DNA of 64,000 nucleotides from Thermoanaerobaculia bacterium. GTDB taxonomy: Bacteria; Acidobacteriota; Thermoanaerobaculia; Gp7-AA8. Positions 53,073 through 62,748 of this stretch are shown one piece after another. Made by a program: the position numbers and the translations under genes. The notes under the pieces are model-generated. The model was not told the DNA's origin, ran no database searches, and saw only the letters and a program-made list of their open reading frames with translations. Each line of letters begins with the position of its first letter. The first letter of the stretch is position 1. The DNA lies in NCBI GenBank assembly GCA_041671505.1, contig JBAZBK010000001.1:5582-69581 (forward strand). Reading direction: 5' to 3'.

Positions 53073-53699
53073 ATGCTCAAGCGAACCGCGATTCTGCGTC
53101 CCGCATCCGAAGACCGGCTCGAGAGCCTCATCGCGATGCGGCTCAAGCCGGGCGCCGACAAGGCGCTGATCGACCAGCGCATCTGGGACCTCTTCGGCGA
53201 GAACTGGTGCATCATGTTCACCGACCTCGCCGGTTTCTCGCGCAACGTCGCGCAGTTCGGGATCATCCACTTCCTTCAGACGATCTACGAGTCGGAGCGC
53301 GTCTGCGTGCCGGTGATCGAGGACCACGACGGGATCCTGCTCAAGTCCGAGGGTGACAGCCTGCTCGTGATCTTCCGCAACGTGCAGAAGGCGATCCGCG
53401 CCGCGGTCGAGATGCAGCGAAGGCTTCACGACTACAACGCCGACAAGGACGACGAGGAGAAGGTCCTGCTCTGCGTCGGCCTCGGTTTCGGCCGCGTGCT
53501 CAGGATCGGCGACACCGACGTCTTCGGCGCCGAGGTCAACGCATCGAGCAAGCTCGGCGAAGACACGGCGAAGGCGGCCGAGATCCTCGTGACCGAGGCG
53601 GTGAAGGAGGCGGCGACCGACCTCGCAGGCATCTCGTTCGAGCCGATCCCCGAGATTCCCCCCGGCGCCGGCGCGGCATACCGTCTGCTCTATAACTGA
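53073..53699 (+). CDS. class III adenylate/guanylate cyclase catalytic-domain protein (stand-alone CHD)
   Basis: Start at 53073. FTDLAGFS metal-binding motif and cyclase fold; 208 aa. Confidence 0.75.
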   Translation: MLKRTAILRPASEDRLESLIAMRLKPGADKALIDQRIWDLFGENWCIMFTDLAGFSRNVAQFGIIHFLQTIYESERVCVPVIEDHDGILLKSEGDSLLVIFRNVQKAIRAAVEMQRRLHDYNADKDDEEKVLLCVGLGFGRVLRIGDTDVFGAEVNASSKLGEDTAKAAEILVTEAVKEAATDLAGISFEPIPEIPPGAGAAYRLLYN

Positions 53700-53742
53700 G
53701 CACGCCGAGCGCCCCATTACCGCGGGACCGCGCCATTCACTT

Positions 53743-53846
53743 GAAGTTAGAACGGTGAACGATGAATTGAGAATCCAGAAGCAAGACGTTTTCGCCGTTT
53801 CTTCTTTCCAGGTTCTCACTTCATCGTTCAACGTTCTAACTTCGAA
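53743..53846. repeat. MITE-like 100-bp palindromic element, family A copy 2
   Basis: gaagttagaacggtgaacgatgaattgagaatccagaag ... cttctttccaggttctcacttcatcgttcaacgttctaacttcg. The arms are about 85% identical to the copy at 20361. Confidence 0.6.
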
Positions 53847-53944
53847 CGACTCGCGCGAAGCCACCGATCGCCTCATACGCGCGCGCGTAACCCCCGCCAG
53901 AATCCATAACCCCATCGCCTTCCGTCGATTACAATCGTTGCCTA

Positions 53945-56900
53945 ATGGGCAACCGGGCGAGACGCGGGGGCCGGATCACGAGGAAACTGTCTCGTGTTCG
54001 CGCTAGCTTCGCGTTCGCCGCGCTCATCTTCGGCGCGTTTATTTCCAGCTCTTCGTCCGCGCAACAGCTTCCCGCCATCAACTACGGCGCCGACGAGGGG
54101 CTGTCGCACTCTCAGGTCTGGTCGATGTTTCAGGACTCGCGCGGTTACCTCTGGGTCGGAACCTCGGATGGGCTGAACCGCTTCGATGCCGTCTCGTTCT
54201 CGGTGTTCCGCACGCGCGACGGGCTGCGCAATCCGACGATCCGGACGATCGCGGAGGACGGGAGCGGAAAGCTCTGGTTCGGAACCGACGACGGAGTCTC
54301 GACGTTCGACGGACGTCGCTTCACGTCGTTTTCCACGGCCGACGGCCTGGGAAAGGGCATCGTCTGGGGGAGCGCGACCGACAAGTTCGGCCGCCTCTGG
54401 TTCGCGACGCAGTACGGCGGCGTGAGCCTGCTCGAGAAGGGCCGCTTCCGCTCGTTCAGCACGAAGGAGGGGCTCGGGAGCGAGTACGGCTACTCGCTTC
54501 TCTCCGATTCGAAAGGCTACCTCTGGATCGGGCACCGCGGCGCAGGCGTCACGCGCTGCGTCCCCGACCGGGAGAAGGGGTTGTCGGAATGTCGCCGCTT
54601 CACGAAGGCGGACGGGCTCGCGCACGACGACGTTCACGCGATCACCGAGACGCGCGACGGTGCGATCCTGTTTGGCACACGCGGTGGCGGCATATCGAAG
54701 TGGGACGGCTCGCGCTTCACCACCTACACGAAGGCGAACGGCATCGCCGACGACGACGTCTACGCGCTTCTCGTGAACGTCCGCGGCGACCTGGTGGTCG
54801 GCACGGTCAACGCCGGCCTCAGCATCTGCGACGCCTCCTTCTCCTCCTGCCACTCCTACAGCACGGCGAACGGCCTCCCCGACAGCAGCGTGCTCGGTCT
54901 CTACGAAGGGCGCGACCACGCGCTCTGGGTCGGCTTCCAGGGCGGCCTGACGCGCATCGCGAGCGACCGAATGGCGAGCTACTCGCTCGGCAGCGGCCTG
55001 CCTAACAGGACGGTGTACGCGATCGAGCCCGACAAGGACGGAACGGTCTGGATCGGCACGCTCGGAGGCCTCGTCCGCGTGCGGAACGGGCCGGCGCCCG
55101 GGGCCGCGGCGCGAATCGACACCTGGATCGACGAGTTCCCCAGCAAACAGATATGGGACCTGCATCGCGACGCGCGCGGCCGGTTATGGGTCGCGTCGCA
55201 GACGGGCCTCTGCCTCTTCGAGGCGACGCGCGGCTGCGTCGACGTGATCGACAAGAACGACGGCCTGGCGAGCAGCGAGCTCATCTCGCTCGCGGAGACG
55301 CGTGACGGAGCTCTCCTCGTGACCGGCACCGAGGGTCTCTCGATCCTCCGTTACGAGGGCAAGGGAATCAAGCCGAAGATCCGCAACTACACCGTCAAGG
55401 AAGGTCTCGCGGGAAGCTACGCGATCGCGATCGCCGAGGATGCCGCCGGGCGCATCTGGGTCGGAAGCGACCAGGGGCTCTCGATGATCGACGGCGACCT
55501 CGTGCGCCAGTTCACGACGCAGGACGGGCTGCCGATCAACGAGATCAATGCGATCTACATCGCTCCCGACGACACCGGCTGGGTCGGGACGAACGGCGGC
55601 GGGCTCGTGCGGTTCAACCCGCCGACTCCCGGCTCGCCTCAGAAGCCGCGCTTCACCGCCTTCGGGCGCGACGTAAACGTCCCCGACGCGGTGGCGGCGA
55701 TCGAGCCCGATGGCAAAGGGAAGCTCTGGATCGGCGCGACCGACGGGCTCTTCCTCTTCGACCCGGCGCAGGCCGGGATGCGCGATCCGATCGTCCTCAA
55801 GGTCGACAAGCAGGCGGGGCTGATCGCGAACGAGGTCAACGCCTTCGCCACCGATGCGCAGGGAGGGCTCTGGATCGCCACCGCCGGCGGCGCCACGCGC
55901 TACGACGGCGCCCTCGCGCAGGACGCTCCCGCGCCTCCTCCCGTGACGATCGAGTCGCTCCGGATTCCGGGGCGCTTCTGGCGCGCCCCATTCACGCAGA
56001 TCGTCGAGGGACAGAAAGTCGACGGTTGGCTCGGCGACGAGTCACTCAAGCTTCCGCCGCGGCTGACGAGCTTCCGCGTCGACTTCCGGGGCCTCTCGTT
56101 CCGCGAGACGAGCCGGCTCCGTTACCAGGTCAGGCTCGAAGGGTTCGATTCCGACTGGTCGGAGCCGACGGCGGAGTCGTTCAAGGAGTACACGAATCTC
56201 GACCCGAAGAGCTACACCTTCTCCGTCCGGGCCTCGACCCGGCCTAACGCCTGGGGCGAGCCGACGCGGATCGCGTTCGAGATCGAGCCGGCATGGTGGC
56301 AGACGAAGACGTTCCTCGCCGGCGCCGTCGCCGGCTTCGCGCTGCTGCTCTTCGTCGGCTACCGCGCGCGGCTCTACCAGATGAGGCGGCGCAACCAGCA
56401 GCTCGCGGAGGCGGTCGATGAGAGAACCGACGACCTCCGCCGCTACGCCCGTGCCCTCGAGGAGCACTCTCGCGCGCTCGACCGGGCGAACGCGCGCATC
56501 CGCGAGGCCGACAGGGTCAAGAGCGAGTTCCTCGCCAATATGAGCCACGAGCTCCGCACGCCGCTCAACTCCATCATCGGCTTCTCCGACGTCCTCGTCC
56601 CGTCGCTCGAGCCGAAGATCGGCGGGCGCGAGTTCCGCTTCCTCTCGAACATCCAGACGAGCGGCCGCTACCTGCTCCTGCTCATCAACAACCTGCTCGA
56701 CCTCTCGAAGATCGAGGCCGGGCGCGCGGAAGTCTTCCCCGAAAAGACCAACATCGGCGACTTCGTCGCGAGCACCTGCGAGATCGTCCAGGGCTACTCG
56801 CGCGACCGAGACATCGAGGTCGTCGCGCGCATCCCCGACAATCTGCCCGAGGTGACGGTCGACATCCCGAAGTTCAAGCAGATCCTCCTCAACCTGCTGT

Positions 56901-58048
56901 CGAACGCGGTGAAGTTCTCGAAGTCGGGCGATGTCGTCGAAGTCGCCGTCACGACGATCTCCGCGGCCGAGTCACCGATTCGGGTCGACTCCTTCGAGCT
57001 CGCCGTCAGCGATCAGGGGCCCGGCATTCGCGACGAGGACCGCGAGCTCATCTTCGAGGAGTTCCGCCAGGTGGGCGGGGGCGCGGCGCATCCCGGCGGG
57101 ACGGGACTCGGCCTTGCGCTGGTGCGTCGCTTCGTCCTCCTGATGGGCGGACGGATCGACCTCGCTTCGACGCCGGGGAGCGGAAGCACGTTTCGCGTGA
57201 CACTGCCGATCGCCGTGCGCGAATCGACCGAGCATGCGCGACATCTCGTCAGCCGCGACGGCATCCAGCCGCGCATCGTCCTCATCGGCCTCGAGCGCGC
57301 GCATTTCGCCTCGCTCCCCGCAGCTCTGGAGAACGAGGGCTTCGCGCCGGTGCGCGGCGCCGACCTCGACGCGGCGGCGCGCGTCGCGCGCGAGGTCGAC
57401 CCGGTCGCGGCGATCGTGAGCGTCGGGCTGAATCCGAGCGACGGCTGGAGCCTCTTCGCCTCGCTCCTCGACGAGTATTCGCTCAAGGACCTGACCCTCG
57501 GGGTCTGCGTCATCGCCGAAGGAAAGATTGCGGTCGCGGTGGGACTCGACCACCTCGAGACGCTGCCAGTGAAGGCCGAGGATCTCGCGCGCGAGGTCGC
57601 GAGCCTGACCGGTCTCGGCGTGGCCGATCGCGGTCCGGTGCTCATCGTCGACGACGACGCGGGGCGGGCCAGGGCGCTCGAGCGCGCGCTATCGGTCTAC
57701 GGCCTTTCGGCGCGCTTCGCATACTCCGCCGCGGAAGCGCTCGATCTCGCGGTGGCCGAGGAGCCGAGCGCGCTCGTCGTCAACCTGGTGATGAAGGGAT
57801 GCGTCGGACTCGACGCGATCCGCAGGCTGCAGCACGAGCGGCGGACGCGGCACACGCCGGTGATCGCCCTCGTGTCGGACCAGGGTCCCGGGGGCGAGGC
57901 GTGCGCCGAGATGGCGCGGGCCTCAGGATCGGAAGAGCAGGCCTCCTTCGCCGAGCTCGCGCTCACGATGCACGAGCTCCTCCGCCGCCGCAGCGCCCGC
58001 GCCGTCCGCATCGCGGCGCAGAGCCTGTCGTATCCGAACAACGGTTGA
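53945..58048 (+). CDS. very large hybrid sensor kinase: signal peptide, about 14 Reg_prop beta-propeller repeats, Y_Y_Y, TM, HisKA, HATPase_c, two receiver domains
   Basis: 1367 aa. H-box MSHELRTPLNSI, N/G-boxes, and two D-containing receiver domains (LIVDDDAGRA...). Confidence 0.9.
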   Translation: MGNRARRGGRITRKLSRVRASFAFAALIFGAFISSSSSAQQLPAINYGADEGLSHSQVWSMFQDSRGYLWVGTSDGLNRFDAVSFSVFRTRDGLRNPTIRTIAEDGSGKLWFGTDDGVSTFDGRRFTSFSTADGLGKGIVWGSATDKFGRLWFATQYGGVSLLEKGRFRSFSTKEGLGSEYGYSLLSDSKGYLWIGHRGAGVTRCVPDREKGLSECRRFTKADGLAHDDVHAITETRDGAILFGTRGGGISKWDGSRFTTYTKANGIADDDVYALLVNVRGDLVVGTVNAGLSICDASFSSCHSYSTANGLPDSSVLGLYEGRDHALWVGFQGGLTRIASDRMASYSLGSGLPNRTVYAIEPDKDGTVWIGTLGGLVRVRNGPAPGAAARIDTWIDEFPSKQIWDLHRDARGRLWVASQTGLCLFEATRGCVDVIDKNDGLASSELISLAETRDGALLVTGTEGLSILRYEGKGIKPKIRNYTVKEGLAGSYAIAIAEDAAGRIWVGSDQGLSMIDGDLVRQFTTQDGLPINEINAIYIAPDDTGWVGTNGGGLVRFNPPTPGSPQKPRFTAFGRDVNVPDAVAAIEPDGKGKLWIGATDGLFLFDPAQAGMRDPIVLKVDKQAGLIANEVNAFATDAQGGLWIATAGGATRYDGALAQDAPAPPPVTIESLRIPGRFWRAPFTQIVEGQKVDGWLGDESLKLPPRLTSFRVDFRGLSFRETSRLRYQVRLEGFDSDWSEPTAESFKEYTNLDPKSYTFSVRASTRPNAWGEPTRIAFEIEPAWWQTKTFLAGAVAGFALLLFVGYRARLYQMRRRNQQLAEAVDERTDDLRRYARALEEHSRALDRANARIREADRVKSEFLANMSHELRTPLNSIIGFSDVLVPSLEPKIGGREFRFLSNIQTSGRYLLLLINNLLDLSKIEAGRAEVFPEKTNIGDFVASTCEIVQGYSRDRDIEVVARIPDNLPEVTVDIPKFKQILLNLLSNAVKFSKSGDVVEVAVTTISAAESPIRVDSFELAVSDQGPGIRDEDRELIFEEFRQVGGGAAHPGGTGLGLALVRRFVLLMGGRIDLASTPGSGSTFRVTLPIAVRESTEHARHLVSRDGIQPRIVLIGLERAHFASLPAALENEGFAPVRGADLDAAARVAREVDPVAAIVSVGLNPSDGWSLFASLLDEYSLKDLTLGVCVIAEGKIAVAVGLDHLETLPVKAEDLAREVASLTGLGVADRGPVLIVDDDAGRARALERALSVYGLSARFAYSAAEALDLAVAEEPSALVVNLVMKGCVGLDAIRRLQHERRTRHTPVIALVSDQGPGGEACAEMARASGSEEQASFAELALTMHELLRRRSARAVRIAAQSLSYPNNG

Positions 58049-58050
58049 AG

Positions 58051-58195
58051 CATTTCGGATTGCGGATTTCGGAATGAAAGGCAAGCGGCAAAACCGAAAT
58101 GAAGAATGTCGAATGGAGAATGATGAATGTAGAAGAGGACAAGGCCCTGTTTCAATTCTCCATTCTTCATTCCTCATTCGACATTCTTCATTTCG
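58051..58195. repeat. MITE-like element, family B copy 2 (GAATGAAGAATG arms)
   Basis: gcatttcggattgcggatttcggaatgaaagg ... gaaatgaagaatgtcgaatggagaatgatgaatg ... caattctccattcttcattcctcattcgacattcttcatttcg. Shares 30-40-bp blocks with the element at 29122. Confidence 0.55.
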
Positions 58196-58271
58196 AAGTC
58201 CGATCGGCGACGCACCTCACGAATCGTCGCTCCTGGAACTAGATCCTCCTTCCTGATCGTTTCCCCTCCCG

Positions 58272-59213
58272 ATGCCTCCCACCGGACGCTTCGCCCCCTC
58301 GCCCACCGGGCCGCTGCACCTCGGCAGTCTCGTCGCCGCGGTCGGGTCATGGCTGTTTGCACGGAAAGAGGGAGGGCGATGGCTCGTGCGCGTCGAAGAC
58401 ATCGACACCCCGCGCGTCGTCCCCGGATCGGAAGACGAGATCCTCGCCGCGCTCGTTCGCTATGGCCTCGAGTGGGACGGCGAGGTCGTTCGCCAATCGG
58501 AGCGCACCCCGCTTTACGAGGCTGCGCTTGCAGTCCTCCGCGAGCGGGGTCAGGTCTTCGACTGTTCATGTTCGCGCGCCGAGCTCCAGCGTGCGGCCTC
58601 GGCTCCGGCGGCAAACGATCCGCAGGAGGCCGACGGGCCGGTCTATCCCGGCACCTGTCGCGCAGGGCTTCCCGCCGGCCGTGCCGCGCGGGCCGTGCGC
58701 TTCCGGGTCCCCGAGGGCATCGTCGCCTTCGACGATCTCGTCCATGGCGTGGTCGGAGAGGACGTCGCGCTGCGCACGGGCGACTTCGTCGTGAAGCGCG
58801 CCGACGGCCTCTTCGCCTATCAGCTCGCCGTCGTCGTGGACGACGCGGAGCAGGGAGTGACGCAGGTCGTTCGCGGCGGTGACCTGCTCTCGTCGACCGC
58901 GCGGCAGATTGCGTTGCAGCGTGCACTCGGCGTCGCGACGCCGTCATATGCGCATCTCCCGCTCGTCACGACGCGCGAGGGTGCGAAACTCGGCAAGCGT
59001 GACGGCGCGCTCCTGCTGCCGTCGCTCGACTCGCGCCGCGTGGGTGACACGCTATCGCTCGCCCTCGCGATCCTCGGAATCGCGGGAGTCGACCCGCGCG
59101 ACCCGCGCGCGATGCTCGACGAGGCGCTCGCGCGATTCGAGGCGGGCGCGGTCCCGGGTGCCGTAGTGGCGATCGACGATTCTTCAGCTGTCGACGGCCC
59201 CACCCTCCCGTGA
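58272..59213 (+). CDS. gluQ: glutamyl-Q tRNA(Asp) synthetase (truncated GluRS paralog, YadB)
   Basis: Class I HIGH-like region (SPTGPLHLGSL) and a GluRS catalytic-domain-only length of 313 aa. Confidence 0.85.
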   Translation: MPPTGRFAPSPTGPLHLGSLVAAVGSWLFARKEGGRWLVRVEDIDTPRVVPGSEDEILAALVRYGLEWDGEVVRQSERTPLYEAALAVLRERGQVFDCSCSRAELQRAASAPAANDPQEADGPVYPGTCRAGLPAGRAARAVRFRVPEGIVAFDDLVHGVVGEDVALRTGDFVVKRADGLFAYQLAVVVDDAEQGVTQVVRGGDLLSSTARQIALQRALGVATPSYAHLPLVTTREGAKLGKRDGALLLPSLDSRRVGDTLSLALAILGIAGVDPRDPRAMLDEALARFEAGAVPGAVVAIDDSSAVDGPTLP

Positions 59214-59397
59214 ACGGGCCCGCTCCCGCGCTCGAGCCCGGCGCCCCGCCTGCTTTGACCTCTGACCTTTGACCTCTGACCTGCTTCTCGCCCCTTGCCC
59301 CCCCGCGCCTACCTCCCTATAATCCCCCTCCTCCGGGAGGCCCGGAGGCTGGAATAAGGCTCTGCCGATCCGGCTTTAGAAATTTTCGCAACGGTGT

Positions 59398-59473
59398 GGG
59401 GCTGTAGCTCAGTTGGGAGAGCGCCTGAATCGCACTCAGGAGGTCATCGGTTCGATCCCGTTCAGCTCCACCA
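59398..59473 (+). tRNA. tRNA-Ala (anticodon CGC)
   Basis: GGGGCTG acceptor with G3:U70, anticodon loop ATCGCAC, T-loop GGTTCGATCC, CCA encoded, followed by TTTTTTCCC. Confidence 0.9.
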
Positions 59474-59645
59474 TTTTTTCCCTCCTCAAAACAAAAGACT
59501 TTCCCCGGGTCCCCGGACCCGGGCGACCCTCCCCAATCGGCGGAGGTGTCTACCCGGGTGTCTACCGCGGCATTGCGCGAGATTGCACCGGTTCCGGCAG
59601 CTGAGCAGCCGTCGAATTCCACATTGATGTCCATGGGGGTGAACC

Positions 59646-59837
59646 ATGGATCTGCACGAGCTCGTGAGCCGAACCGAGATCGCCGAGAGGCTCGGCGTCC
59701 GTCCCGCGACCATCGGGAAGTGGACCCGGCTCAAACTGTTCCCCGAGCCGGTCGAACGGATCAGCAACCGGGTGCTCCTCTACGAAAAGCGCGCCGTGGA
59801 GAGAGCGATCGCGGCGATGACGGCACGCACGACGTAG
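59646..59837 (+). CDS. AlpA/excisionase-like HTH DNA-binding protein
   Basis: 63 aa. MDLHELVSRTEIAERLGVRPATIGKWTRL matches AlpA/Xis-type HTHs (MerR superfamily). Confidence 0.6.
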   Translation: MDLHELVSRTEIAERLGVRPATIGKWTRLKLFPEPVERISNRVLLYEKRAVERAIAAMTARTT

Positions 59838-59839
59838 CG

Positions 59840-61054
59840 GTCGCAAAGAAACCGTCCAGCCGCTACCCGGGCCTCAAGTACGACGAGGCGACGCGGACGG
59901 CAACGTTCGACGTCTACCGACCGGGCTCCGCCGGAAAGTTTCGTCGACGACGCACCATCCACCACACGACGCTGGCGGATGCGAAGGTCCTGTGGCGCGC
60001 ATTCCTCGATGAAGTGGCGGCCGAGGTACTCCCGAAGGACCAGGCGCCGACCCTCGCGCAGTTCTACTCGACCAAGTTCGACGAACTGATCGCGCCCTCC
60101 GTCGCTCCATCGACGGCGAGGGAGTACGGATACGTATTCGAACGGCACATCCTGCCGGCGCTCGGGAATCTCCGGATCACGTCGCTCACGACTGGCGCGG
60201 TGAATCAGTTCTCCGCATCGCTCCTCGCAGCGGGATACTCGCCCTGGACCGCGAACGCCTACGTCAACGTGCTCTCGGCCGTCCTCTCGTACGCCGTGCT
60301 CTTCGGCGTGGTCAGTGAGCCACCGCTGAAGACGCGTCCGAAGAAATACAAGACCGAGAAACCGTGCAACGAGCTCTCCGACGAGGAGGAGTCGCGCCTG
60401 CTGGCCGCGTTCGATGACGAGGCCGGCTTCCGGGTGTACCTCGCGCAGCACATGCCGAAGGGCAGACCGTCTGAAGCACCTGGCAACCACTTCGGGGGGC
60501 GTCGCGCCCACGGTGCGGGCCTGCGATCCGACGGCGAAGCAGCGGGCGACTACTTCCGCCGGTATCGACGAGCGAAGGCGATCATCCTGCTCGCCGTCGA
60601 CCTCGGGCTCCGGCTCGGGGACCTTCTCGGGTTGCAGTGGTCGAGCGTCGACCTCACCGAGGCCCTCGTCTCCGTCGTCATGAAGAAGACGAAGCGAAAG
60701 GTGGTGGTGCCGATCAGCACGCGCTGCCTGGCGGTGCTCGCCGCCTTCCGCGCCGAGAGCCCAAAAGCGAAGTTCGTCCTCATCGACGAACAGGGGCGAC
60801 GGTACGGCGTCCAGCGCGTGCGGCGGTACTTCACCATCGCGAAGACCCTCGCCGGCTTCCCGGAGGACCGTCGCATTCGGCTACACGACCTTCGTCATAC
60901 GTATGGGACAAAACTCGCCCGTCGATCCACGCCGCTGCTCGACATCAGCAAAATGCTCGGGCACAGCTCGATCGCGGTCACCCAAAGGTACGCTCGCGTC
61001 GACGAGACCGCCATACGCACCGTGCGAGCCGCGGTCAATCGCAATCCCGAGTGA
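59840..61054 (+). CDS. tyrosine-type site-specific integrase (start codon uncertain)
   Basis: Catalytic boxes LAVDLGLRLGDLLGLQW (Arg), HDLRHTYGT (H-x-x-R) and LGHSSIAVTQRYARV (Tyr), with a SAM-like core-binding N-domain. The frame is open from 59546 but overlaps the alpA-like gene, and no ATG/GTG/TTG lies in frame between 59700 and 60010. The true start may be non-canonical or at the GTG near 60013. Confidence 0.8.
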   Translation, partial: VAKKPSSRYPGLKYDEATRTATFDVYRPGSAGKFRRRRTIHHTTLADAKVLWRAFLDEVAAEVLPKDQAPTLAQFYSTKFDELIAPSVAPSTAREYGYVFERHILPALGNLRITSLTTGAVNQFSASLLAAGYSPWTANAYVNVLSAVLSYAVLFGVVSEPPLKTRPKKYKTEKPCNELSDEEESRLLAAFDDEAGFRVYLAQHMPKGRPSEAPGNHFGGRRAHGAGLRSDGEAAGDYFRRYRRAKAIILLAVDLGLRLGDLLGLQWSSVDLTEALVSVVMKKTKRKVVVPISTRCLAVLAAFRAESPKAKFVLIDEQGRRYGVQRVRRYFTIAKTLAGFPEDRRIRLHDLRHTYGTKLARRSTPLLDISKMLGHSSIAVTQRYARVDETAIRTVRAAVNRNPE

Positions 61055-61130
61055 AGGACAGCCTAACCCCTCCTGCCGTAACACCAAATCGGTCACGGCA
61101 CCTGGTGGCCCGTCGAAGGTGGAGTAGCTC

Positions 61131-61589
61131 TCATCGCCTCGCGATGCTCCGTGCGAGCATCCGGAAGGTATCCGCCTCTTCCCGATTAGCCTCCCGTAGG
61201 GCTTCGGGCGAACACCGATGAACCGTCCGGAATGCATGCTGGATTCGGCACGCGCTGCACTGCACGTCACCTTCCGCGTGAAACGCCGCGCGAACTGCCA
61301 CGACTTCGGGACGGTCCCCGGGGTATTCGTCGAGCGCGCGGAGGATCTCGTCGGAATCGCAGTCACCCAGCAGGTAGCGATACGAACTCGCCAGCGCGAA
61401 AGTCGGTTCCCATCCATGGGCGAGTTCGCGCGCGGCGTGATTGATCAACTCCGCGATGTCCCACCGGTTAATTCCACGGCGTCGACTCGGTAGCCAGTGA
61501 CTTGCGTAGATCGGGTAGCTCTCGACCACCGTCACCTCTCGAGGCTTCCACGCGCTCGGCTCTCGCAATTTCAGCTTGCCCTTCTTCAT
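61131..61589 (-). CDS. hypothetical protein (island cargo)
   Basis: Start at 61589 (MKKGKLKLREPSAWKPREV...), which overlaps the stop of the upstream gene (ATGA). No recognisable domain. Confidence 0.45.
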   Translation of the reverse strand: MKKGKLKLREPSAWKPREVTVVESYPIYASHWLPSRRRGINRWDIAELINHAARELAHGWEPTFALASSYRYLLGDCDSDEILRALDEYPGDRPEVVAVRAAFHAEGDVQCSACRIQHAFRTVHRCSPEALREANREEADTFRMLARSIARR

Positions 61590-62185
61590 GGTCTCGCTGC
61601 CTCGCCGATTCTCGGGGCGAAGGGCTCGGAGCTGTGGTTCCAGCACACGCCCAGGAGCCGGACCCGGAGTCGCGGCCCCGGACGTCTGAACATCTCCTTG
61701 ATCCCGTACCGGACACGAATCCCGTGGCCACGGTGTGGGACGTCGGCGGTGCCGCTGAGATCACTCCAGTCGTCCGCGCGGTAGACGAGGTACCTATTCC
61801 GTTCCAACCAGCTCTGCGATGCGCCCACGAGGGCACGGGTCTGCTCGGCATAGGCGAACCGGATCGGACGGTTCGGCTCGCCGACCGGGAGGTGAACACC
61901 GTCGATGAGCTGGAAGGAGAAGACCCGCCACTCGAGCGTCTCGTAGTCGGGAAGGGCGACGCGAATGAGTCCGGGCGACACGGGTCGATCGAAGCCGACT
62001 GGCATCGCTTCTGGCAGCCCTATGCAGCAGCTGTGCAGTCGTCGCTCGATGTCGTATCGACGCCGCTTCGCACACCGCGTAGTCCCACGGATGAGGTACG
62101 GCGCTCCCGAGATCTCACGGCCACGCTCGAGCTTCTGCAGGATCCAGTTGCTCTCTCGAATGATCTGGTCACGCTGGTCGTTCAT
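61586..62185 (-). CDS. hypothetical protein (island cargo)
   Basis: 199 aa, translationally coupled to the downstream gene; no recognisable domain. Confidence 0.45.
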   Translation of the reverse strand: MNDQRDQIIRESNWILQKLERGREISGAPYLIRGTTRCAKRRRYDIERRLHSCCIGLPEAMPVGFDRPVSPGLIRVALPDYETLEWRVFSFQLIDGVHLPVGEPNRPIRFAYAEQTRALVGASQSWLERNRYLVYRADDWSDLSGTADVPHRGHGIRVRYGIKEMFRRPGPRLRVRLLGVCWNHSSEPFAPRIGEAARP

Positions 62186-62748
62186 TCTCCTCCGGGAAGT
62201 CGCCTAGCTGCCGGGGCGGCGACTTGCGTTCGGCGCTCCGGTTAGGCTTTCCTAATCCCAAGGTACGGCGCCTCTCGAAAAAGGGCACCTTTCGTGCCCT
62301 CTCGCCGGGGGGCTCACTCTAGGACCGCGCGCGCCTTGCGGCGGCCGTACAGCCGTAGATCTGCGCGGGTTGGCGATGCGACGTAGATTTCACGGAGAGC
62401 CACTCAGGTCTCTGGAGGAGCGCGACTTATCGTGGACTTCACCGTAGTGCTGCCGGTAGTAGCCACGCGGCTCGGGCGGGCCGTTGAAGAAAGGCCAGCG
62501 GGTGGCTTACCGGTGTTTCTTCTGGACTACACCATCTCGCCTCAGCGTAGTCCTTGTTGAGTGACTCCGGATTGACGGCAAACGTAATCCCTGTTGGGCG
62601 ACTCGCGTAGCCTGTCCCGGTCGAGGTCGCATAGTCGGGCAACGGCATTGGCTAGGTCAAGGAAGCGGCCATCAACCTATGACCGAACGTGGAGGAAACT
62701 CGCAGCAACAACCACAACCTTTACCCGCCCGTCGACCGGGGGCGACGC

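Larger units (their letters stand above)
59474..62748. mobile_element. probable integrative element (prophage remnant or genomic island) inserted at the 3' end of tRNA-Ala; right boundary not identified
   Basis: Immediately 3' of the tRNA lie a hairpin, tandem direct repeats GTGTCTACC-CGG-GTGTCTACC (59546-59566), an AlpA-like HTH gene, a tyrosine integrase, two coupled small hypothetical genes on the opposite strand, and a 550-bp ORF-free stretch. No attR-like copy of the tRNA 3' end was found by eye. Confidence 0.4.

Noticed and set aside
59546-59839. Listed integrase ORF start at 59546
   Set aside because: This part of the frame overlaps the well-formed AlpA-like HTH gene in another frame and translates to low-complexity sequence. 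Integrase homology begins near 59840.
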